Below are positions 23,045 through 32,399 of a DNA stretch of 64,000 nucleotides, piece after piece. Origin of the DNA: Antedon mediterranea (taxonomy: Eukaryota > Animalia > Echinodermata); NCBI RefSeq assembly GCF_964355755.1, contig NC_092672.1, positions 18,737,237 to 18,801,236 on the forward strand. The letters are read 5' to 3'. The notes beneath the pieces are model-generated. The model was not told the origin of the DNA, did no database searches, and saw only the letters and a list, made by a program, of their open reading frames with translations. Position 1 is the stretch's first letter, and every line of letters begins with the position of its first letter. The translations under genes were made by a program, and so were the position numbers.

Positions 23045-23388
23045 TCTCACATACAGTTACTAAAACACATTTGACTATCAATTAAAGCAGGAAATCATTT
23101 TTTAAATTAAATAAAAAAATTAAGTGATTAAAAAAAGTCTCTAAAACTAGTGCATGTTATAATTGTATTTTAAAGTTTATAGAATAAAATGTATGAATAA
23201 TAATTTGTAGTTATAACTAAATATTCTGAAATTGTTTTCGATATTAGCTAGGAAATAATGAATTTAAGAAAATCGAGTGTGTTAGGCCCTATAAAATTTC
23301 AATTTTGCAAATGTGTAATTATTATGATGATACTATAAAGATATGAAGAAGATTATTATCATAATTTTGAAATACCTCAAACAAAGTA

Positions 23389-24765
23389 TCATAGTGTATT
23401 CTGATGGTTCATATCTTCAATGTACGTATATCCTTGTACGTCAAGATCTTCAGGAACTTGAGAAGCAAATGAATGTCTCCAGTGACCATAATGTCCAGTA
23501 CTTGGTAAACGAGGTAAAGATCGATCATAAAGACCACTATTTGAAACTCGATCTCTGGTATCATAGTACACAGTAGGTTGATATATCTCTCTACCAGATG
23601 AATCAGTAGCAGTCCTTGTCTTACAGAAGCATTGATAATAAACAGGAATGATGACAACAACTACAACAATAATGACGACTAATATGATAATAATGATCAC
23701 AACATACAATGATACTTCATTACCAGCATTTTTCTCGGTATTGATATCTACCTCCGACCTGCTATTATATTCTTCATTTGAATCAATTTTATTGTTATAA
23801 TCTTTTGATTTTACGTAAATTTCTTTAAAAATATATACTGTTGTTGTGGCGACAGATGACCCAATAGAGTTTTCGACTTTACACGTAATCTGTGTTCCAT
23901 TTCTACTAATAGTTGGTTTAAAGAGTCTCAATACTTGGCCTTCAGTCACATATTCATATGATTCTAAAACAGGTTTAAATGTCCAGCTAAATGTCCTTAC
24001 AGGAGGGTTTGCTGCTGTCTGGCAAAACAATATAGAATCTGACCCAGCAAAAATTACGTTAGTATGTCGTATTTTTACTTCAGGGATATATTGTATATTT
24101 AGATCGTTAATTGTACAATTAGAAGTAGCCGGAACAACTTTTGATTTTTGTAAGCAGAAAAATGTTTCGTCATTGTCAGTCTCTTTAGCAGTAAACTGAA
24201 GATGTTTATAAACAATGTCATCACGTATATCTGTACTTACATCCTGATCTGATATTGATGTTTTTGTACGTGTCCAAATTAAATCTACTGGAGGATTGAT
24301 TACCTCTGAAATACAAGACAATTTTACATCAGAACCGGCTATATAACTTTCCTTTGATTTAAAGCATTGTGGGTATTTATCAGAAGGCTTCTGTAATATA
24401 GTAACTTGAACAATTTCAGAACGTATTTGATTAATATTTGCAATCTTACAATAATAATCTCCTTTATCCTCTAGTACTGATTGTGAAATTACTAACACAT
24501 ATGCTATTTTGTTAGTTTCTGGAATTTCTGTTAAAGTTACAATTTTCCTTGAATCTTCAATAATTTTGCTGTTTTTGTTACTAAATTGGTGATCTTCTTT
24601 CCACCACGAAATACTACTACGATCCGTTAATAAACCTTGAATGAAACATTTTAATGTTATCTTTTCTCCCTCCAATACGCTAACGTCATTCATATTATGT
24701 AAAAATTGCTGTCCACATGCATTTTGCTGGATAAGAATGAAAATAAAGCAAACAGCGTAATACAT
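23389..24765 (-). CDS. L13: 3-Ig membrane receptor, subfamily C (first gene of the left array)
   Basis: 458-aa ORF, same architecture. Confidence 0.93.
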   Translation of the reverse strand: MYYAVCFIFILIQQNACGQQFLHNMNDVSVLEGEKITLKCFIQGLLTDRSSISWWKEDHQFSNKNSKIIEDSRKIVTLTEIPETNKIAYVLVISQSVLEDKGDYYCKIANINQIRSEIVQVTILQKPSDKYPQCFKSKESYIAGSDVKLSCISEVINPPVDLIWTRTKTSISDQDVSTDIRDDIVYKHLQFTAKETDNDETFFCLQKSKVVPATSNCTINDLNIQYIPEVKIRHTNVIFAGSDSILFCQTAANPPVRTFSWTFKPVLESYEYVTEGQVLRLFKPTISRNGTQITCKVENSIGSSVATTTVYIFKEIYVKSKDYNNKIDSNEEYNSRSEVDINTEKNAGNEVSLYVVIIIIILVVIIVVVVVIIPVYYQCFCKTRTATDSSGREIYQPTVYYDTRDRVSNSGLYDRSLPRLPSTGHYGHWRHSFASQVPEDLDVQGYTYIEDMNHQNTL

Positions 24766-25203
24766 GATGATTATTGCCGTGACTGTTCAAAGCTAATAGT
24801 TCCTTGTTTATTGAAAAAGGCACCGTAATCACTATTGACGAATTAGAACACGATTAAATCTGTATAAAGTGATAGTGCAGCTCAATAATTAGTATAACGC
24901 ATTCATCTGAATAATAACAGCAATTTGAAAACAAAAATATGTTACAGGTATATAATATAATAACGTAGTTGTGTTTTTTAAAATAAGTAAATAAAAATAA
25001 AATTTCCAAATGTTGTGCAAGTTAGATATGCCTACTGTAGTACAGTAGAAAGTAAAGTGCAGTACAATTTCGATAGGTATATATATATATATATATACAA
25101 GAGGCAAAGAATATTAATTCTAAACCGCCCGGTGATATACTGAAATTTAATTAATTAATTTGAAACGATAAAGATGAGGAAATCTGTGAGAATGAGAAAA
25201 AGT

Positions 25204-25275
25204 CGCCCCAACCGAGACTCGAACTCGGACCGCCTGCTTGATATGCAGATGTCCTAACCATTAGACCACTGGGGC
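25204..25275 (-). tRNA. tRNA-like gene with anticodon ATC (Asp), copy 1; may be repeat-borne or a pseudo-tRNA
   Basis: Minus strand GCCCCAG TG GTCT AATGGTTA GGAC A TCTGC ATATCAA GCAGG CGGT CCGAG TTCGAGT CTCGG TTGGGGC G folds into a full 72-nt cloverleaf with A and B boxes, followed 2 nt later by TTTTT. Confidence 0.65.
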
Positions 25276-25604
25276 TTTCATGGTATTGTTCGAACTCGAT
25301 TGGATAACGACTCTTTAACATTCTCGGCGTGGAACGGCGGAACAGCACTAGTCCTCAGTTGTACGCACGCGCAACAGAGATCAAATTGATACGCCCTCAT
25401 CTTTCAGTATTTTTATTCACAAGGCGGGATCTCCGAAGAGATACTTTTATATATATAAACACAAGAGGCAAAGAACATTATATATATATATATAAACACA
25501 AGAGGCAAAGAACATTAATTCTAAACCGCCCGGTGATATACTGAAATTTAATTAATTAATTTGAAACGATAAAGATGAGGAAATCTGTGAGAATGAGAAA
25601 AAGT

Positions 25605-25676
25605 CGCCCCAACCGAGACTCGAACTCGGACCGCCTGCTTGATATGCAGATGTCCTAACCATTAGACCACTGGGGC
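25605..25676 (-). tRNA. tRNA-like gene with anticodon ATC (Asp), copy 2
   Basis: Identical to copy 1, 401 bp away. Confidence 0.65.
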
Positions 25677-25704
25677 TTTCATGGTATTGTTCGAACTCGA
25701 TTGA

Positions 25705-25846
25705 TATATATAAATCATACTGTCAAATTATTGAACCAATGAAACAGTGCTCATATTCGGAACATGATCTCATAATCGACGCGATTATGAGATCATGTTC
25801 CGAATATGAGTACTGTTTCTATAATTTACAGTATGATTTATATATA
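25705..25846. mobile_element. Palindromic MITE-like element (about 140 bp)
   Basis: Outer arms tatatataaatcatactgt / acagtatgatttatatata; inner 38-bp hairpin at 25741-25819 with a 3-nt loop and one mismatch. Confidence 0.75.
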
Positions 25847-26720
25847 ATTTACACAGTGCTACGCAACACATTGATTTATATTATATATATATAAATCCAA
25901 AGGCCAATTACTGAAAAAATGACAATGCTGTGGGTATCAGTGGCTGGATCTCAATTGAGATACAATATATATATATATATATATTCATCAAATTGCCTTT
26001 ATCAAGATAACAGTTGCAATATAAAATATAATATATGAAGCACAATACTAAAAATATCATTAAAATTAGTATTAGAAATATAATATAAACCATACTTATA
26101 CAAAAAATTAATAAAGCAAAAATTACTTTTATTTACAAACATTTTGCAATGTCAAAATAAAATGAATAAGACGTGGACCGATTTTAAAATGACTTATCGA
26201 AGAAAGACAAAAGGTTTAATTAAATTCAATTTGATTTATTTTTCCACATACACTACCGACATAATATGCATGTACATTGAGGATGTATATTTTAAGATCT
26301 GTGCTACGTAGAAATCTTTAAGCTAATAAGCAAATAATAAAAAAAGTAAAAAAGCAGTGAATACAAAACAAATGCTGTTATACATAATTAAGTTAAGAAA
26401 ATTAAAAAAAGGTAATTGGGAAGATCGTTGGAGTCTCAATACAGAGAAAGAACTTCCACCGACCTTGAATCCGTGAAAAGAATATATATATATAAGTCGT
26501 AGACTTTAGATTATCTATAGAAGGCTAAAATTTATAATGTGGTTTTTAGAGGCACACATCGATAATGTATCATCGTGTCGGTTCTTACGCTACAACCTGA
26601 CGCTGTCAAACCGATGCAAAACCACCATTATACGTGGCAATTTGATTCGATATCAAACAATATAGATAGATAGATATATGATATTGGACAACTTATTTGT
26701 ATTCTACAGGTTTCTCTTAT

Positions 26721-28339
26721 ACCCCTATTACACCGCCTGCAAATTGCGAAGTTGATCCGGAATTGTGTAGCCTGAGTCGTACCCGGACACAACAATGCTG
26801 AAATGTAGGCCGGTGTAAACGACGTAAAAAGTTACCTAGGTTGCTGTACCACCCGGGACGCATTATTTTTTTCCCTATTAGGTTAAGGCAGAAACTATAG
26901 AGGGCGTGCATATTTCATGAATTTTCATGAGGCATGCGTGAGGTCATGACGTCAGACACATTTCGCGAGCGAAAGAAGATCTGTCTACATCTTCTCTGAA
27001 AATATTGATGTTTTTGAGATATTTGTGTGTAGTGCACAATGGTGATATTCCCCTACTTCAGGTATCTAAACATCATTTAATTTAATAATAGTACATCCCT
27101 TTATTATTTAGTTATTTGGTGTTTATTTTAACTACCCTATGAACAGTAGGTAGGTCTAGGCCGCTAGGCCTAGGACCAACAAAGTAGAATGACTTCTTAG
27201 GACCTAGGCCCGTTTTATATTGTATTTATTTACATTGTATATTTAAATGTAGGCCAGCTATATAATTAAACCTGTATATAATATAATTGCACTATGTTAG
27301 GCCTATACTATATACTTATATATTTTATTTAATTTGTGAGATTGTTTTTTAACTTTAAAAATAAGCGATGGTTTTAACCAAAATCTACATCTGCATACGA
27401 ATCTTTTAACATTAGCCATAGGATCTTGGATCACATTAATTTTAATTAAGCATCATATCACCTAGGACCAAAAATGTAATACAGTACATACTGAAAATTG
27501 GAGAATGATATTGCCTGTAATCGAGCTTTTGATTACAAATTATATTCCACAAAAAAACCTAAGATAATTATAAACACATGAATAATTGTCATGATTGCGC
27601 ACCACTAAATATTAATCTCCATGTGTACCAGGTCCTTTAAAAAACGTATAACATAAATAATAAACATTGAATGTGGAACACAGTTAAAGGAAGGTAAAAC
27701 AGTTCTACGGTAATTCTAGAGGTTTGTGATTATTAATTGATTAATTAAATTCATTTAATACATTGTAGTACATTGTTAGATGTCAAAAAATAAATATTTC
27801 ACAAGCATAAGCAACATTTTTTACGTTTTTATTTCTTGAGTGTTTTTTTTGCATTAGCAGTTTCATCGCGGCGAGAGATCAACATTTCGATTACCGCGTG
27901 GGAACTATTTCCAAGTTTGTCCGTCACATCATGAATATTAATGTGTGGATGTCTGCCATAACCTATTAGGAGAAAATTAATGCATCCGGGACGAACCCGT
28001 GTGTAAACAGTCCCGCGTATACTTTCCCGGTTGGTTGAATAATAAATATGGTCATTTGTTATTCATTTTTATTTTAAGAAATATTATTCTCACGAGTAGA
28101 CTTAATTTGTTTGTATTGCAAAACAATTTTAGAAGGTATAATGAGTTACTACAGTAGGGTGTCTCTTCATGTGTGAGAAGGCGATATTTCGATTAGTCTA
28201 GAACATTTACATGGGTTGGCATTTTGCAGTGTAAATACAAGCAACCCGTGTCATTCCCGGGTTAATGAATCAGGTGTGAAATTGAAATTTATCCGGACAC
28301 GAAACGAGTTCATTCTAAGCTCGGCGGTGTAAAAGGGGT
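26721..28339. mobile_element. Non-autonomous TIR DNA transposon (about 1.6 kb, Harbinger/ISL2EU-like ends)
   Basis: TIRs ACCCCTATTACACCGCC / GGCGGTGTAAAAGGGGT (1 mismatch), with AT on both flanks. Subterminal inverted repeats at about 26852-26895 and 27950-27990. No transposase ORF. Confidence 0.65.
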
Positions 28340-28344
28340 ATTTG

Positions 28345-28763
28345 TGACAATGGAGCAAAAAACATATACTGTTAGTCAGGTAAAATGCCACGTGATTATG
28401 GATGCGATCGGAAATAAACCAGAGACAAATTTTATTGAATCATTGAATGTCAAAAAACAGAGAAAAAAGTATCTTATCAGTTTTACTAGCTGTTGTATCT
28501 GTATTAGTTCGTGTTATTGTATTTGCTATTATTGTTCCTGTTTATTACGTTTGTGTTTGCTCAAAGAAAGAAGAAACGTTGTTGTTGCTCCAATGGAAGT
28601 ATATTTTGAACATCAAGATCATCTGACATTTTGCCAAATAAAAGAAACTCTGTGTTGTGGAGACGTTCATTTGGAGCACAGATAAAGATGTAGATGCCTT
28701 GTATTTGGAGATACAGTGTGAGCATTACATCTTCACACCTGATAGCAGAGGAAATACTCCTGA
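28345..28763 (+). pseudogene. 5'-truncated, frameshifted right-family gene (end of Ig3, TM, tail)
   Basis: Degenerate match to TVGQVTSHVIMEVIGNK...VLLAVVSVLV...WRRSFGA...HYIFTPDSRGNT; begins immediately after the TIR element. Confidence 0.88.
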
Positions 28764-29108
28764 ATCGGTAACAACTTTTTATTTGGAGAATGAGAGTAAT
28801 TACTAAAACATTTAACCCAATTACAAATCATTTCTAATAATGTGTTTAATGCTGGCAATTAACAATAACGCAAACAATTTGTCTTATGGCCAATTTTAGA
28901 ATATATTACAAGTAACAGAATACTGTGTTTGTTGTTCCGTAATTTATCTTTATTCATGATTAGGAGGGAATTGAAAATAGCCGAAGAAGGCACACATATA
29001 ATAATGCATTGCTACAGATCTGAAAGCTGTTATGTTGGAGTTATCAGTGTGAGTAGTCAATACTGCAGTTATGATATCTTTTAAAGTTGAGATTTATGTA
29101 TAATTAGA

Positions 29109-30476
29109 ATGGATCTTTCATGTAGTTATTGTTTTATGACAGTTGTAATTGCTGTTTGCATATTACAGGAACATATCAACGCTATTGATTTTCTGTTGCA
29201 TCCTAAAAGTAAAACTGTCATTGAAGGTAAAGATGTTGAGCTATTTTGTTTAATATCTGGAAGTGTTTTACATCAAGATATATCCTGGATGAAACAAGGA
29301 CAAGCAATTACTGAAGGTGTGTCTGTTTTGGAAACAAGTAAACTTAAAAACCGTGGTATTAGTTTGGATATATCGGGGCCTAGAGAGGCAGCAATGTATA
29401 AATTACTCATACCCAAGGTTAGAAAATCAGACGAGGGCGAATACGCATGTGCTGTGTATCAAGATGGCGATGAAATAAAGTCAAAGGAAGGAAGACTGAT
29501 AGTTTACCAATTACCAGACGATATTTATCCTATATGTAATAAAATAAAAAGTTATATACTGGAAGGAAGTCCTGTAAATGTAAACTGCAATGGAGGAAAA
29601 AGCATTGACCCACCGGTTAATTTAAAATTACTGAAATCTGCTACAAGTGAAAGCAATGATAAAACGTTGATAAAAAATGTACAGAATTCACCAATAAGTC
29701 ATTCATTTGTAGCCAGTCATACTGATACTAATGTTATATATACGTGCCAACTAACAACACCATCGAATGCAAGTATTTTTAGAACATGTAGCATTGGACC
29801 ACTAAATGTTTGGTATAAACCCAATGTTACAATACAACATGCAGGGATATCATTATCAGGAAGGGAAGCCATTTTTATATGTCAATCAGATGCAAACCCA
29901 CCAGTAGTAGATTTTACTTGGAAATTTGATCCGATATTAAATATTGAGCGTTATGTTATTGATGATATTGGGCAGGTTATGCGTATTCTGCGCGTTACTC
30001 TTGATGAAAATGGGATGATTATTAAATGCATAGCAAAAAATACTGTTGGCCAGGGGACATATCATGTGACCATGGACGTGATCGGTAATAAAGTAGATGA
30101 AAAACCAAAGACAAACGCTATTGAATCTGTGAATGAAAAACAAACCGAAAAGAAAAGTATATCTTTATCAGTTTTACTAGCTGTTGTATCTGTATTAGTT
30201 CTTGTTATTGTATTTGCTATTATTGTTCCTGTTTATTACTTCTGTATTTGCTCAAAGAAAGAGGAAAATGTTGTTATTGCTCAACCGGAAGTATACTTTG
30301 AACCTCAAGATCGTCTGACATTACCATTGCCAAATAAAAGAAACTCTGTGTTGTGGAGACGTTCATTTGGAGCTCAAGTTCCTACAGATAGAGATGTAGA
30401 TGCCATGTATTTGGAGATACAGAGTGAGCATTACATCTTCACACCAGATAGCAGAGGAAATACTCTTCCTTATTGA
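29109..30476 (+). CDS. R1: 3-Ig membrane receptor, right family, subfamily D
   Basis: 455-aa ORF: signal peptide, LFC..ISW..DEGEYAC, C2 domain, Ig3, TM ISLSVLLAVVSVLVLVIVFAIIVPVYY, tail ending GNTLPY. Confidence 0.93.
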   Translation: MDLSCSYCFMTVVIAVCILQEHINAIDFLLHPKSKTVIEGKDVELFCLISGSVLHQDISWMKQGQAITEGVSVLETSKLKNRGISLDISGPREAAMYKLLIPKVRKSDEGEYACAVYQDGDEIKSKEGRLIVYQLPDDIYPICNKIKSYILEGSPVNVNCNGGKSIDPPVNLKLLKSATSESNDKTLIKNVQNSPISHSFVASHTDTNVIYTCQLTTPSNASIFRTCSIGPLNVWYKPNVTIQHAGISLSGREAIFICQSDANPPVVDFTWKFDPILNIERYVIDDIGQVMRILRVTLDENGMIIKCIAKNTVGQGTYHVTMDVIGNKVDEKPKTNAIESVNEKQTEKKSISLSVLLAVVSVLVLVIVFAIIVPVYYFCICSKKEENVVIAQPEVYFEPQDRLTLPLPNKRNSVLWRRSFGAQVPTDRDVDAMYLEIQSEHYIFTPDSRGNTLPY

Positions 30477-30963
30477 ATACAGGATGACGTGTGAATGGTA
30501 TGAGCGCCGGTAACCAGTATTAATTCTATAATACAAAGAAGATCCAATATACTTAACTTGTAACAATAACAGTAGATTCCTATACAAACAGTAATAATTT
30601 ACGTACTGTTTTCAACAGGCAGCGTTTTGAAGATATTGTTACAATATTATTAAATAATATTATTAATACCGTGCAACATTTGTCATAATAGGCTTAAATA
30701 ACATAATTATTTATTTTACTATCCAAAAAACAATTGAGTAACAGTAAGTTTTATTTTAGTAGCCGTAACAATTATTGAAGAAGGCGTTGTTTACAAGACA
30801 GTCATTAATATTTAATATTTAGTGAACCTTGAACGTGTATTTAGACCTAAAACCGCCTTGAACATTCAACTTTGGAGGTTCTTTTCTGGAAAGGACTATC
30901 ACAACATTGAAATAACTAGAAATTGGATAATCAACTGAGACCAACTACTGTATATTTTTGATT

Positions 30964-32307
30964 ATGGAAATGTTTATAAGTGTGTTGTTATTGTGTCTGA
31001 TTAATTTAGCGTGCTGTTTACAATTTAGCAATCATCCGATCGGAGATAAAATTCAAGAAGGTTATGATGTAGAACTCGCCTGTATTTTGACTGGCGACTT
31101 GTCACAAGTACAATTATCTTGGGAAAAAGATAGTGCAAAAATAACTGAAGGCGAGGAACTATTAGATACAAGTGGATTAGCCAAAGAAAGAATAAGTGTG
31201 GACATAATACGCACCGGTGTTTATGTATATACACTGTTCATATCTAGAGTCGTTTATGAAGATAGCGGGTCATACTCTTGCGTTGTTTTTCAAAATGGTG
31301 AACAAGTATTGGAATCTGATTACGCTGTTGTAACGGTTTTTCAACTACCAAGTCCAGAATATCCAATATGTACCAGAATGTCACGACCAGTAATAACAGA
31401 GGAAGAAATAACCTTTAAATGTGAAGGGGAAGCGATAAACCCACCAATAGATTTAAGTTGGTCTATCATTGGTAGCAAGTTAGCAATTAACGATAAATCA
31501 TATGTTGATTCAGAGAGAACCTTTGCTACGTATTCATTAACAGCAAGTCCAAATAACAACAATGCCGTTTACGTATGCTCACTCACAACTCCAGCTAACC
31601 GTAGTATTGTCAGAAGCTGTAGCATTGGACCACTAAATGTTTGGTATAAACCTAATATTACAATGCAACATGCAGGAAGATCGTTTTCAGGAAGGGAAGC
31701 CATTTTTATTTGCCAATCTGATGCAAACCCACCAGTAGTAGATTTTACGTGGCAATTTGATCCACCATTAAACATTGAGCGTTATGTTATTGATGATATT
31801 GGGCAGGTTATGCGCATTCTGCGTGTTACTCTTGATGAAAATGGATTACTTGTTAAATGCATAGCAAAAAATACTGTTGGTCAGGTGACATCTCACGTGA
31901 TCATGGAAGTGATCGGTAATAAAGAAAATGACAAACCAAAGACAAACGCTATTGAATCTGTGAATGAAAAACAACCAGAAAAGAAAAGTATATCTTTATC
32001 AGTTTTACTAGCTGTTGTATCTGTATTAGTTCTTGTTATTGTATTTGCTATTATTGTTCCTGTTTATTACTTCTGTATTTGCTCTAAGAAAGAGGAAACT
32101 GTTGTTATTGCTCAACCGGAAGTATACTTTGAACCTCAAGATCGTCTGACATTACCATTGCCAAATAAAAGAAACTCTGTGTTGTGGAGACGTTCATTTG
32201 GAGCTCAAGTTCCTACTGATAGAGATATAGATGCCATGTATTTGGAGATACAAAGTGATCATTACATCTTCACACCAGATAGCAGAGGAAATACTCTACC
32301 TTATTGA
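30964..32307 (+). CDS. R2: 3-Ig membrane receptor, subfamily E
   Basis: The track start at 30958 is TTG; first ATG is 30964 (MEMFISVLLLCLINLACC). Confidence 0.92.
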   Translation: MEMFISVLLLCLINLACCLQFSNHPIGDKIQEGYDVELACILTGDLSQVQLSWEKDSAKITEGEELLDTSGLAKERISVDIIRTGVYVYTLFISRVVYEDSGSYSCVVFQNGEQVLESDYAVVTVFQLPSPEYPICTRMSRPVITEEEITFKCEGEAINPPIDLSWSIIGSKLAINDKSYVDSERTFATYSLTASPNNNNAVYVCSLTTPANRSIVRSCSIGPLNVWYKPNITMQHAGRSFSGREAIFICQSDANPPVVDFTWQFDPPLNIERYVIDDIGQVMRILRVTLDENGLLVKCIAKNTVGQVTSHVIMEVIGNKENDKPKTNAIESVNEKQPEKKSISLSVLLAVVSVLVLVIVFAIIVPVYYFCICSKKEETVVIAQPEVYFEPQDRLTLPLPNKRNSVLWRRSFGAQVPTDRDIDAMYLEIQSDHYIFTPDSRGNTLPY

Positions 32308-32399
32308 ATAACGACTGAAATGTATGAGATATGTAATTTATATTTCCATTCATAATACTGTATAATCAGTAACCATAATCTTAACAATATTTTTAATCG

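Larger units (their letters stand above)
25078..25703. repeat. Tandem repeat of about 400 bp (about 1.6 units) bounded by (TA)n and carrying the tRNA-like sequence
   Basis: 25097-25302 recurs at 25498-25703; units are separated by TA microsatellites. Confidence 0.85.

Noticed and set aside
30350-30476. Canonical ITIM/ITAM/WIRS/class I PDZ motifs in the tails
   Set aside because: YTYI and YLEI lack the -2 I/V/L/S of an ITIM; YLEI-x4-YIFT does not fit an ITAM; WRxSF has the hydrophobic residue one position off the WIRS consensus; QNTL has N, not S/T, at -2.
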